IMG/VR virus record: IMGVR_UViG_3300004805_000005 | DNA length: 64,000 nucleotides | Source of the DNA: an uncultured virus (IMG/VR IMGVR_UViG_3300004805_000005) | Lineage: Duplodnaviria; Heunggongvirae; Uroviricota; Caudoviricetes | Strand: one strand, 5' to 3' | Shown: one piece after another, positions 8,861 to 18,838 of the stretch | How positions within the stretch are numbered: the stretch's first letter is position 1 | Layout of the letters: each line of letters begins with the position of its first letter | Program-made: the position numbers and the translations under genes | The notes under the pieces: generated by a model | The model's database searches: none | What the model saw: the letters and a program-made list of their open reading frames with translations, nothing else | Told to the model about the DNA's origin: nothing

Positions 8861-9908
8861 CAAAAACGAAGTAGCGATAATCGGTGACGTTCATCTAGGA
8901 CTGCATCAATCTAATAACATATGGCATGACATAAGCTGTAATTATGGTAAATGGTTGAAGCAGACCCTACAGGATAAGGGTATAAAGGATATCATCTTTC
9001 TTGGTGATATCTTGGACAATAGAAATGAAGTATCGGTTACCACGCTTCATGTGTTAAGCAAATTTTTCAAGATGCTGGAAGACTTCAATATCATAATCGT
9101 GATAGGAAATCATGATTGTTATTATTCTAAGAGATCAGATGTGCATTCGTTGGGGACGTTAAACGATTGGGCAAATATAGAAGTTGTGGATAAACCAGTA
9201 TCAGTTAATCTATTCAACCAAACTCTAACGTTCTGCCCTTGGAATACTCAAATAGAAGATATACCAAAGAGTGATATCCTATTCGGACATTTCGAGATAA
9301 ATACATTCAAAATGAATGGTGGTCATGTATGTGAAGGCGGATACAACTCAGCCGCTCTTCTAGACAAGGCACCATTGATCATGTCTGGACATTTCCACAA
9401 AACGGATGAAAGAGTGTATAAGAACGGAAAGATTCTATATGTTGGTTCAGCCTATCAGAATAACTGGGGAGAGTATGGAGATCCGAAAGGATTCTATGTA
9501 TTAGACTTGCACGACAATTCAATGGAATTTATAGTAAATGATGTATCTCCTAAACACGTAAAGATTAGAATGTCTGAATTACTGGCTGTTGGAAAGATTA
9601 CTGACAGCATAAAAAAGGAATTCAATGGTAATATAATTAACTTCATTATAGATATGGAAATGGAACAGAAAGGAATCGATACTCTGTTGGCTAAGTTCTA
9701 TGCACTAAATCCAATATCAGTAAAAACAGAAAATGAACTAATCTCCAAACCCATTGTTTCTTCTGCGGAAGAGATAAAATTCGAAGGCATAGATATAAAG
9801 AAGGATATTGTAGAGTTTGTTAACAGCTTAGATAATATTGACAACAAAGATACGATCATTAATTATTTGATAGATGTGCATGATAAGTGCAACGAAGGGA
9901 AGAAATGA
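8850..9908 (+). CDS. gp47: gp47 / Mre11-SbcD-like recombination nuclease
   Basis: GDVHLG, LGDILD, GNHD, FGHFE and SGHFH metallophosphoesterase motifs; ATG at 8850 preferred over the track's 8787. Confidence 0.9.
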   Translation: MKINKNEVAIIGDVHLGLHQSNNIWHDISCNYGKWLKQTLQDKGIKDIIFLGDILDNRNEVSVTTLHVLSKFFKMLEDFNIIIVIGNHDCYYSKRSDVHSLGTLNDWANIEVVDKPVSVNLFNQTLTFCPWNTQIEDIPKSDILFGHFEINTFKMNGGHVCEGGYNSAALLDKAPLIMSGHFHKTDERVYKNGKILYVGSAYQNNWGEYGDPKGFYVLDLHDNSMEFIVNDVSPKHVKIRMSELLAVGKITDSIKKEFNGNIINFIIDMEMEQKGIDTLLAKFYALNPISVKTENELISKPIVSSAEEIKFEGIDIKKDIVEFVNSLDNIDNKDTIINYLIDVHDKCNEGKK

Positions 9909-10708
9909 ACAACAAAATTGGAGTTGGTGTAGTAACCTATAAAAGGCCGGATTATTTCAGAACATGCATTAATTCGATTCCGAATGTAGATACGTTGGTA
10001 GTTGTCAATGATGGTGATCCATACGAATCGTCAATATATCCTAGTAGTGTAAAGGAAGTGATTCAGCATACTAAGAACAAGAGCGTAGGTGTATCAAAAA
10101 ATGAACTTATGCGATATTTGATACAAGATGGATGTGACCATATCTTTATATTAGAAGATGATATAAAACTAATAGATCCTAATATATTCATCAATTATAT
10201 CAAAGGAGCAGAATCTTCTGGTATTTGGCATATGATGTATGGATATCATGGACCAGCAAATAAAGATGCCGATAGCAAACCAAAGCCCAGATATATCGTA
10301 GACTATAAAGAGGCTAAAATTGCACTTAACCAGCATTGTGTTGGAGCATTCTGTTATTATCTCAGAAGTGTGATAAAACAGGTTGGGTATATAGACGAAA
10401 AGTTTTTTAATGCGTGGGACCATCTGGAACATTCCTTCCGTATCGTAAAGGCTGGAGTACTTCCTGCATATTGGTGGTGGCCTGATATCGCAGATTCTGC
10501 ATCTATGATAGAAGATCAAGATCCTACGTTAATGAGTAGTGTGATACGAAAAGATGGTCAAGAGTTTATGAAATCATTCCAAGAAGGTGCGGCATGGTTT
10601 AAACACAAACATGGAGCATATCCTACCCATATACCCGACACCAAGTTTGAAGATGTCGTAGCCGCCCTTAAACAGATTAAAACCAATTACGCAAAAAAAG
10701 TTCTATGA
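9905..10708 (+). CDS. GT2 (GT-A) glycosyltransferase
   Basis: VGVVTYKRP, VVNDG, ILEDD and VGYIDEKF motifs. Confidence 0.85.
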   Translation: MNNKIGVGVVTYKRPDYFRTCINSIPNVDTLVVVNDGDPYESSIYPSSVKEVIQHTKNKSVGVSKNELMRYLIQDGCDHIFILEDDIKLIDPNIFINYIKGAESSGIWHMMYGYHGPANKDADSKPKPRYIVDYKEAKIALNQHCVGAFCYYLRSVIKQVGYIDEKFFNAWDHLEHSFRIVKAGVLPAYWWWPDIADSASMIEDQDPTLMSSVIRKDGQEFMKSFQEGAAWFKHKHGAYPTHIPDTKFEDVVAALKQIKTNYAKKVL

Positions 10709-11430
10709 ATGATTTAACTCTTATTACATGTTCCTATAATACTCCTGATATCATTTTAACTATGTTAAAATCATTTCACCAGTCTAACAATACATGTGAT
10801 AAGTTGGTGATAATTGAAAATTCTACTAATGATGAAACAGCCAAAATATTAAAAGAAAACAATATACCCTTTTATGTTCCGGGAACAAGACGACATAGCG
10901 AAGGAGTTCAAGCTGCCTTTGATATATGCACAACTAAATATGCTTTATTAGTAGATACTGATATTATATTTAAAAAAGATGTAGATCCTGTACTTAAACA
11001 ATGCAAAGAAAATGATATATCGCTACTAGGAGAAGTGTGTGGAAATAGAGGTGGACGAGTAATTAACACGAGAATACATCCATGGTTTTGTTTTATTAAT
11101 ATAGATAATATAAAAAAATATAATATCAAATTTTGGGATTCCCGTAGATTTGGAAATGGTTATGATGTAGGTTGTTCATTCTTCGAAGATATCAGAAAAA
11201 ACGGTCTTAATGTAGGTGATATAAAAATGGACCCATTTTATTATACACACTACGAAGGTATGAGTTGGCGTACTCAAACATATGATCCAACTAAACCAGA
11301 TACTGGTATAGACAATGGAGGGACGCATCCATTCATCGAATACTTCAACGCAGGGAACAGAACCAAACGAATATACGATTCAGAAACGGCATATCTTAGA
11401 CCGATAAACATAAAGAACATATTTAAATAA
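10705..11430 (+). CDS. GT2-like glycosyltransferase
   Basis: ITCSYNT, IIENS and LLVDTD (DxD). Confidence 0.75.
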   Translation: MNDLTLITCSYNTPDIILTMLKSFHQSNNTCDKLVIIENSTNDETAKILKENNIPFYVPGTRRHSEGVQAAFDICTTKYALLVDTDIIFKKDVDPVLKQCKENDISLLGEVCGNRGGRVINTRIHPWFCFINIDNIKKYNIKFWDSRRFGNGYDVGCSFFEDIRKNGLNVGDIKMDPFYYTHYEGMSWRTQTYDPTKPDTGIDNGGTHPFIEYFNAGNRTKRIYDSETAYLRPINIKNIFK

Positions 11431-12255
11431 ATGCAAAAGAAATACTTAATAAATATATATGATTATATGTTCTCAAGTGGAGGCATCATTGCCTGTCATA
11501 AACTATGTCATGATCTTAGGTCTCTTGGAAGAGAAGCTTATATATTAGGCAGGAATACTCATCCATTACTTAACGCATCTCAAGTAAATAGAACGTTTAA
11601 ACGAGATGAATTAGTTGTCATATATCCAGAAGTTATTATAGGTAATCCATTAAAGTCCAAACATGTAGTTCGGTGGATACTTAATACTCCCGGAGAATGC
11701 GCTGGTATGAAACATAATGATTTTTATGGAAACTTGAAAAATACTGATATATTTTTCAAATATTCAGATGCATTCAAATTACACGATGGACTTAATTATA
11801 AAGGTCTATTGACTACCTTTTTTATAGATACTAGAATCTTTAACAACGAAGCAGGAGACCGAAATCATACTTGTTATCTTATAAAGAAGGGCGGGATGAC
11901 TAATAAGTATCATCCAGATGATTCGATAAACGTAAGTAATTTACAAGAAGATCATCCAACAATGGCTGCTATATTTAAAAAAAGCAAATATTTATATTGT
12001 TATGATAATGAATGCTTTTGGGTTGTTTTAGCCGCAGTATGTGGATGTATCCCTATAATCATACCAAACGGAAACTATACCGCAGATGACTGGTATGAAA
12101 AATTTCCACACAAGACGGCAGGTATTGCGTATGGTATGGATAACCTTAAACGAGCAGAAGAATCTATAAATAGTATAACAGATGTTTTGACAATATATAA
12201 AGAAAAACATTTAAGCACCGTAAAGAATCTTATCAATATATGCGAAACTCTATAA
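11431..12255 (+). CDS. WavQ-like putative glycosyltransferase / polysaccharide biosynthesis protein
   Basis: SGGIIACHKLCH, VIYPEVIIGNPL, VVRWILN and AAVCGC motifs. Confidence 0.55.
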   Translation: MQKKYLINIYDYMFSSGGIIACHKLCHDLRSLGREAYILGRNTHPLLNASQVNRTFKRDELVVIYPEVIIGNPLKSKHVVRWILNTPGECAGMKHNDFYGNLKNTDIFFKYSDAFKLHDGLNYKGLLTTFFIDTRIFNNEAGDRNHTCYLIKKGGMTNKYHPDDSINVSNLQEDHPTMAAIFKKSKYLYCYDNECFWVVLAAVCGCIPIIIPNGNYTADDWYEKFPHKTAGIAYGMDNLKRAEESINSITDVLTIYKEKHLSTVKNLINICETL

Positions 12256-12962
12256 CCATATCATGTATCATGCTAACAAATACCAATAACCTAATGTTGT
12301 ATGGTATATGCAACCGTGCTCTACAAACGCTAGTATGGTCAGAACCTACTATAAAATTCAATATAATATTAATGGAGTCTAGCCATTCCTCGCAGGAACA
12401 AGGATTCTTTTATAGTGTAGACGGAGCAGACATAACAACAATAACGCCTAAAGAAGAGTTTAATTATAATAAATTTTTAAATTATGGGATTGACGAACTT
12501 AAAAGGACCAATAACTTAACAAACTGGATATTAATTTTGAATAATGATTTAATATTTACTAAAAATTGGTTATCTAAATTACTAGACTGGCAAAAAATTC
12601 ACCCAGAGGTATTATCCTTGAATCCATGGGAACCCCAGTGGCACGAAAGACATGGCCTATCACCAACCATAGAGGTCCATTATGGGTATAGAGTTCCGTT
12701 CGAAATAACTGGATGGTGTATATTAATCAACAAAGAAGTTATATCTAAGTGTGATCTATTTGATCCTAGATTTGTTTTTTGGTACCAAGATAATGATTAT
12801 GCCAAAACTTTGGAATCACATAAAATAAAGCATGCTTTATTGACCAACTCAAAGGTATATCACATGGCTAGTCAGTCTCATGAGATATTAGATGATACAC
12901 AACGTGAGATAAAGACGCATAGCCAAATTAACACGTTTGTGGCAAAGTGGGGCACTATATGA
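12240..12962 (+). CDS. GT2-like glycosyltransferase
   Basis: FNYNKFLNYG, ILNNDL, GWC and FDPRFVFWYQDND motifs. Confidence 0.8.
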   Translation: MRNSITISCIMLTNTNNLMLYGICNRALQTLVWSEPTIKFNIILMESSHSSQEQGFFYSVDGADITTITPKEEFNYNKFLNYGIDELKRTNNLTNWILILNNDLIFTKNWLSKLLDWQKIHPEVLSLNPWEPQWHERHGLSPTIEVHYGYRVPFEITGWCILINKEVISKCDLFDPRFVFWYQDNDYAKTLESHKIKHALLTNSKVYHMASQSHEILDDTQREIKTHSQINTFVAKWGTI

Positions 12963-13789
12963 AAATATTTTTAACTGGATCATCTGGATACTTAGGTTCT
13001 AATATATACAAAAACATATCTGCTGAATATTTTTTATACAGGAGAGGAAGTAATATTCTAGATGATCTATTAAAATTTAAACCAGATTTTATTATACATT
13101 CGGCAGGAGAAATATATGATAAAGAAAAGATGTTCGATAGTAATGTAGTATTAACTAATGATATTTTACAATATGTTAAAAATAACAATATCATAAAAAT
13201 GATATATCTAGGAACATCTTCAGAATATGGGAAATGTATTACACCAATGGCCGAGACAGATACCACTGATCCATTTAGTATATATGCAGCAACCAAATCG
13301 TGTGGAACTTTATTGTGCCAAGCATATGCTAGAGAATTCGACAAGGATATTTGTATTCTACGTCCATTTAGTGTGTACGGTAGTAATGAACCAATGCACA
13401 GACTGATACCGACCATTGTAAGTAATATACACGCAAATAAATCCACTACATTAATACATGGATTCCATGATTTTATATATATAAAAGATTTCATTAAATT
13501 GATTTACATTTTGCTAAATTCTGATAAAATTAAAACCAAGGCAGATATCATAAATTGCGGGTCAGGAAGACAGACTAGTAATAGAGAGATATTTGATTTG
13601 ATATGCGGATTAATAAGCATACCGAATAACGTAATCGAGATAGACAAGAAAAAGGAATGTGATTCAGAGATGTGGATCTGTGATATCGAAAAAAATATAA
13701 AGAAATATAATTTTAACTGTGATTATATTTTGACCGATGGTCTAGGAGAATATATAGATGAACGAAATAAAACTAAAGTTGATAGATGA
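12947..13789 (+). CDS. NAD-dependent NDP-sugar epimerase/dehydratase (extended SDR); probable start 12959
   Basis: TGSSGYLG, SSEYG, YAATK and LRPFSVYG. Confidence 0.9.
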   Translation: MGHYMKIFLTGSSGYLGSNIYKNISAEYFLYRRGSNILDDLLKFKPDFIIHSAGEIYDKEKMFDSNVVLTNDILQYVKNNNIIKMIYLGTSSEYGKCITPMAETDTTDPFSIYAATKSCGTLLCQAYAREFDKDICILRPFSVYGSNEPMHRLIPTIVSNIHANKSTTLIHGFHDFIYIKDFIKLIYILLNSDKIKTKADIINCGSGRQTSNREIFDLICGLISIPNNVIEIDKKKECDSEMWICDIEKNIKKYNFNCDYILTDGLGEYIDERNKTKVDR

Positions 13790-14462
13790 TTCATACATGG
13801 ACTTATCATTTAATGATAAATTTAACGTATATTATAATAATGCACAATCATATACTAGACATATTATAGAAAAAGAAATAAACCATGGGCATTATCAACA
13901 TCCCCAATTCATGGAAATATTCAAGAATAGAAATGCTGTTGTCATAGATGCTGGAGCTAATATTGGATTATTCTCTTTACATATATCTCCAAAATGTAAA
14001 AGCATATATTCAATAGAGCCGACCAAACAGCATCTTGAAGTTTTGGTTGAGATAGCAAAGGCAAAGAACCTAACTTGTATTGTTCCAGAAGAAATAGCAT
14101 TATGCAACTATACGGGAACAGTTAAGTTCATTACCGATAGCAGCAATACAACTACAAATAGAATTCATGATAGTGGATATGCTGTACCATGTGAAACGTT
14201 GTTAGGTTTTATAACAAAGCGAAAAATAGAAGATATTGATCTGTTGAAATTAGATATAGAAGGAGGAGAACAATTTGTTGTATTAGAAGATCCAACATTT
14301 GAGCAAGCAATAAAGAAGTGTAAAAACATATATGTAGAAATACATCCTCCACTTTCCGATGGGAATGCCATATGCAACAAAATATCTAATCTAGGATATA
14401 ATCATATATTTATGAATAGTGATTATCTGAATAATTATCTAAACGTTTTATTTTACAAATAA
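13758..14462 (+). CDS. FkbM-family methyltransferase
   Basis: IDAGANIG, IEP, LKLDIEGGE and VEIH. Confidence 0.9.
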   Translation: MNEIKLKLIDDSYMDLSFNDKFNVYYNNAQSYTRHIIEKEINHGHYQHPQFMEIFKNRNAVVIDAGANIGLFSLHISPKCKSIYSIEPTKQHLEVLVEIAKAKNLTCIVPEEIALCNYTGTVKFITDSSNTTTNRIHDSGYAVPCETLLGFITKRKIEDIDLLKLDIEGGEQFVVLEDPTFEQAIKKCKNIYVEIHPPLSDGNAICNKISNLGYNHIFMNSDYLNNYLNVLFYK

Positions 14463-15220
14463 TGAAAACACTATTTTACACAATTTTATGCTCAGACTAT
14501 AAACATCATATCGAGTTTGATTTATTCACTAAGGGATTTAAACGATTTCATCCAGATATTGAACTTAAGGTAGTGGATGAGAATATAATCGATGAATTAC
14601 GCAAGACAAAACCATGGATAAATTTACTTAATTGTAAGGCTAGTATAGCCAAACTATTCTATAATGACTACGATCTTGTGGTTAATATAGATGCAGATCA
14701 TTTCATATTTGATAGATTAGATGAAATATTAATAGGAGATTATGATGTAGCTGCACCGGCCAATTATAATCTATACGAAAACGTTGGAATTAAAATAACT
14801 ACATATTTAAATAATATATATGAAATTGTGCCAGAGACACAATATATTCAGGGAGGATTAATTGCTTCGACTAGTAAACGATTTTGGGATGTGTATGAAT
14901 TAGCCTCATTTAGATATAGTAATAGTTTTGCTTGTAAGGAAAATGATACACTAAATCTTGTAATGTGTTTTAATAATTTTAAATTTAAATTTTTAGATGG
15001 TCACTTTGACTACAGAGATCCAAAATTTAAATGCTTTTATGGATGTAGTTCATTAAACCAAGAAAAGAACGTAATTGTATTTAACAATAAATTATATTTG
15101 AATGATAAACCAATGAAATGCTACCATGTTGCTAAAGGTGGTGGAAAGCCTAAGATGGTAGACATATTTATTCCTAATGTCGTTGATTGGTACAAAAAGG
15201 AGATAACGTATGGAATTTAA
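14462..15220 (+). CDS. GT-A (GT8-like) glycosyltransferase
   Basis: VNIDADH (DxD), ENDTLN and a C-terminal His (YHVAKGG). Confidence 0.65.
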   Translation: MKTLFYTILCSDYKHHIEFDLFTKGFKRFHPDIELKVVDENIIDELRKTKPWINLLNCKASIAKLFYNDYDLVVNIDADHFIFDRLDEILIGDYDVAAPANYNLYENVGIKITTYLNNIYEIVPETQYIQGGLIASTSKRFWDVYELASFRYSNSFACKENDTLNLVMCFNNFKFKFLDGHFDYRDPKFKCFYGCSSLNQEKNVIVFNNKLYLNDKPMKCYHVAKGGGKPKMVDIFIPNVVDWYKKEITYGI

Positions 15221-15782
15221 TACAACACTTTTTACTCCATATGTACTGGACTTCTTTACAGAAAATCTAAAAGACTATGATACGAACTATCTAGAGATAG
15301 GAGTATATTATGGAAAAAGCATAAAAGAACTATCCGAAACATATACAAATAAAACTATATTTGCGATAGATCCATTCATAGAAGATGGACACACTACACA
15401 TAAAAGCGGAATAGCCCAAGGCAACGAGCTGTCATCACAAAAAAATAATGTTATATCTATACTAGAAACTCACAAAAACATAAAACTATTTCAAGCATCT
15501 TCGGTAGATTTTTATAAGACCCTAACCAAAGAAATAATAACAGATCTAAATATAGGTTGTATTTTTATGGATGGAGATCATCACTATTCATCCATAGTAA
15601 ATGATTACAAATTATCTATTGATTTGATAGGAAGTAAAAAAGGTATCATATGCTTCGATGACTTGCATCTAGATGATGTATTACAAGCATACAACGAATT
15701 CATACAAATAATGGAACATAGAATAGAAAATATTAATATCCTCGGAAATACGTGTAAGGCAGTTAGATTAAAAAATGATTAA
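15210..15782 (+). CDS. Class I SAM-dependent methyltransferase (Methyltransf_24-like)
   Basis: LEIGVYYGKS, AIDPF, MDGDHHY and FDD. Confidence 0.85.
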   Translation: MEFNTTLFTPYVLDFFTENLKDYDTNYLEIGVYYGKSIKELSETYTNKTIFAIDPFIEDGHTTHKSGIAQGNELSSQKNNVISILETHKNIKLFQASSVDFYKTLTKEIITDLNIGCIFMDGDHHYSSIVNDYKLSIDLIGSKKGIICFDDLHLDDVLQAYNEFIQIMEHRIENINILGNTCKAVRLKND

Positions 15783-16401
15783 TACATTACATAATAGACT
15801 TATTGATATATCATTCAAAAATAAATTATCTCATTTGAGTAGTTGCATAACTTCATTACCCATCATATATGATATATATAAAAAGAAAAAGGAAGAGGAT
15901 ATATTCATACTTTCTAATGGACATGCTGGACTAGCGTTATATGTTGTGTTAGAACACTTCTATAGATTTAATGCCGAAGATCTGCTACATACTCATGGAG
16001 TACATCCGAATATAGACACAGAACACAAAATATATTGCTCTACAGGTAGTCTTGGACTGGGGTTGCCAGTAGGAATAGGTTATGCTATATCAAATTTAAC
16101 TAGAAAGATTTACGTGTTAATATCTGACGGAGAAGCTAAAGAAGGAAGCATATGGGAATCTCTTAATTTTATTGATACCAAACAGATAACTAATATAGAA
16201 GTTAATGTTAATGTTAATGGATATTCTGCTTATGATATTATAGATCAAGATAATATAACACGTAAGCTGAAATCCTTCCTAAATAATATAGTGATACACT
16301 ACACAAATTTAACGAAGTTTCCATTATTAGATAATATGGGAATAGAATCTCACTATTATATATTAAAAACAGAAGATGAGAGGAACACATTATTGTTATG
16401 A
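15775..16401 (+). CDS. Transketolase-like ThDP-binding (PP) subunit
   Basis: SHLSS, LSNGHA, GSLGLG and SDGEAKEGSIWE...N ThDP motif. Confidence 0.9.
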   Translation: MINTLHNRLIDISFKNKLSHLSSCITSLPIIYDIYKKKKEEDIFILSNGHAGLALYVVLEHFYRFNAEDLLHTHGVHPNIDTEHKIYCSTGSLGLGLPVGIGYAISNLTRKIYVLISDGEAKEGSIWESLNFIDTKQITNIEVNVNVNGYSAYDIIDQDNITRKLKSFLNNIVIHYTNLTKFPLLDNMGIESHYYILKTEDERNTLLL

Positions 16402-16871
16402 GATATACGTTTTCACATTTAATATTAGATGCGATGCAGAAAGATAAGAATATATTCTTTCTTACAGCAGACTTAGGGTATAAAATATTTGATCCATTAT
16501 TTAATGCCTTTCCGACAAGAGTGTTCAACACTGGAGCCGCTGAACAACTAATGGTATCATGCGCTGTTGGATTGGCGTTAGATAAAAAGCTACCTGTCGT
16601 ATATAGCATAACACCATTTCTGTTATATCGTCCATTTGAAATCATTAGAAATTATGTTAATAATGAAAAGTTAAACGTTACTCTTATTGGTTCAGGTAGA
16701 GATAAAGATTACGCACATGATGGATTTAGCCACTGGGCGGAAGATGATAAGAAAATAATGAATATATTTGAAAATATAAAAACGTTTCATCCAAATAACA
16801 AAGAAGATTTACAAACTAAGTTTGATTATTATCTTTATAATGGACCTTCGTATATAAATTTAAAAAGATAA
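16398..16871 (+). CDS. Transketolase-like pyrimidine-binding subunit (no C-terminal domain)
   Basis: LTADLG, NTGAAEQ, RPFEIIR and GFSH; ends at GPSYINLKR. Confidence 0.85.
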   Translation: MRYTFSHLILDAMQKDKNIFFLTADLGYKIFDPLFNAFPTRVFNTGAAEQLMVSCAVGLALDKKLPVVYSITPFLLYRPFEIIRNYVNNEKLNVTLIGSGRDKDYAHDGFSHWAEDDKKIMNIFENIKTFHPNNKEDLQTKFDYYLYNGPSYINLKR

Positions 16872-16924
16872 TTATATATAGCAAATGTCCATAGTTATGG
16901 TATACTTATACAAGAAAGGAAATT

Positions 16925-18814
16925 ATGCAAAAAGAAATTGATTTTTTTGAAGAGATCGGAGACTTCGTATTTACTTCGAAATACGCACGTTATGATGAGA
17001 AACACCAGAGACGAGAAACTTGGCACGAGGCAGTAAAGCGAGTCGAGAAGATGCATCTAAAGAAATATAGTCATCTTCCTAAAGAAGACCTAGAACAGAT
17101 TTCTTGGGCGTTCGATCAAGTCAGAGAAAAGCACGTAGTTGCTTCTATGCGTTCTATGCAATTCGGTGGAAAGCCAATAGAAGTACAAAATACTCGTATG
17201 TATAATTGTGCTATGCGACACGTAGATTCTATTCGATCTTTTTCTGAAATATTCTTTTTGTTGATGTGCGGAGTTGGTGTGGGATTTGGACTGAATAAGA
17301 AATCATTAAATCGACTTCCTGATTTGGTTGATAAGACAGACCGAAATGGAACAATTCTAACCTATGTAATCCAAGATAGCATAGAAGGTTGGGCTGATAG
17401 CGTAGAGGCTCTTCTTAGTTGTTACTTCAAGAACACTGCCTTTACTGGACGCAAGATAGTTTTCGACTATTCTAAGATTCGTGCAAAGGGAACTCCTATC
17501 AAGACTAGTGGGGGGAAAGCTCCCGGACATGAGGGGTTAAAGCAGAGTCTAAAGAAGATCAAAGATATTTTAGATTATATCATCGAAGACAAAGTACAGA
17601 ATCGGATACAAACAATAAATGCATATGATATAATCATGCATATGTCAGATGCGGTACTTTCGGGAGGCGTCAGAAGAAGTGCCACCATTGCTCTATTCCC
17701 CCAAGATGATGAGATCATGCTCAACGCCAAAACCAATTTCAAAGTATTGCGTACTATTGGATTTGAAAAGGAAACCAGCAAGAAGGGTGAGATTACTTGG
17801 GAAGGTCGTATTGTTATTGATTCTACCTATGGTGGCATCGAAGGCAAGAAATATGATGTATCCTTGACAGAGTATGAATACACTGAGATGCTATGTAAGG
17901 ATAAGTTGATAAATTGGAGACACATTGAACCCCAGAGAGCACGTAGCAACAATTCTGTTCTATTAATGCGCGATAAAGCAACTCCAGAATTTTTCAAGTC
18001 TATTATAGAAAAGATTCAGCAGTACGGGGAACCGGGATTTGTGTTCGCAGATGATGAGATGTTTTTAGTTAATCCATGTTCTGAGGTCGGAACAATTCCT
18101 ATCACCAGTGATGGTATGTATGGTGTACAGTTTTGTAATTTGGTTTCCATGAATGGAAGACACATTGATAGTGTTGAAAAGTTTATGACATATGCAAAGG
18201 CGGCTACTATCATCGGAACTTTACAGGCGGGATATACTAATTTCAAATACTTGAGCAATGTATCAAAGCAGTTAACAGAAGAAGAAGCATTGCTTGGAGT
18301 ATCGATTACTGGATTAATGGATAACCCTACTATTCTTCTTGACCCTAAGATCCAAGCAGAGGTTGCCCAGTATACTAAGATTGTTAACGCAGAATGGGCC
18401 AAGAAGCTGGGTATTAATCAGGCGGCACGTATTACCCTTGTCAAGCCTGAGGGGTGTTTGGATAGTAATACTTCAATCAAAACATCCTTGGGGGATACAA
18501 CCCTAAAAGAAATATTTGAAATAAATGGATATAATATTGATGATATTAGTAAACTGCAAGGAACATTTATTCCACCTTCTGAGAAGATATATGTAAGAGA
18601 CGAAAATGATGAGTGGAAAATAATAACACAACTATTTGTTAATGGAACAGATACTCCAATATATGAAATAGAAATGGAAGACCACACTATAATAAAGTGT
18701 ACGGGACATCATGCGTTCTTAACAAAGGGCAATGTATGGAAATCAGCATCAGATTTAACCGAAACCGATGAAATAATAGATTTTAACACAAATAAAACCA
18801 GCATAAAACTATAA
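16925..18814 (+). CDS. nrdJ: Class II (adenosylcobalamin) ribonucleotide reductase, N-terminal part fused to split-intein N half
   Basis: YNC, GVGVGF, GGVRRSA, NPCSE, QFCNL and VKPEG, then CLDSNT (intein block A). Confidence 0.9.
   Translation: MQKEIDFFEEIGDFVFTSKYARYDEKHQRRETWHEAVKRVEKMHLKKYSHLPKEDLEQISWAFDQVREKHVVASMRSMQFGGKPIEVQNTRMYNCAMRHVDSIRSFSEIFFLLMCGVGVGFGLNKKSLNRLPDLVDKTDRNGTILTYVIQDSIEGWADSVEALLSCYFKNTAFTGRKIVFDYSKIRAKGTPIKTSGGKAPGHEGLKQSLKKIKDILDYIIEDKVQNRIQTINAYDIIMHMSDAVLSGGVRRSATIALFPQDDEIMLNAKTNFKVLRTIGFEKETSKKGEITWEGRIVIDSTYGGIEGKKYDVSLTEYEYTEMLCKDKLINWRHIEPQRARSNNSVLLMRDKATPEFFKSIIEKIQQYGEPGFVFADDEMFLVNPCSEVGTIPITSDGMYGVQFCNLVSMNGRHIDSVEKFMTYAKAATIIGTLQAGYTNFKYLSNVSKQLTEEEALLGVSITGLMDNPTILLDPKIQAEVAQYTKIVNAEWAKKLGINQAARITLVKPEGCLDSNTSIKTSLGDTTLKEIFEINGYNIDDISKLQGTFIPPSEKIYVRDENDEWKIITQLFVNGTDTPIYEIEMEDHTIIKCTGHHAFLTKGNVWKSASDLTETDEIIDFNTNKTSIKL
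18455..18811 (+). mobile_element. Split intein N-fragment (119 aa)
   Basis: Begins CLDSNTSIKT; block B KCTGHHAFLT; ends shortly after WKSASDLTETDEI with no terminal Asn motif. Confidence 0.9.
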
Positions 18815-18838
18815 GTATTTATATATGGAGGTTTTATG
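18802..18838 (+). promoter_or_regulatory. Late promoter within a start-codon-sequestering hairpin
   Basis: CATAAAAC (18802-18809) is complementary to GTTTTATG (18831-18838, includes the ATG); ATAAGTATTTAT (18811-18822) and the GGAGG SD lie between the arms. Confidence 0.65.

Noticed and set aside
15775..16871. Pentose-phosphate auxiliary metabolic gene or DXP synthase
   Set aside because: Split, truncated architecture inside a glycosyltransferase operon with no other central-carbon genes nearby.
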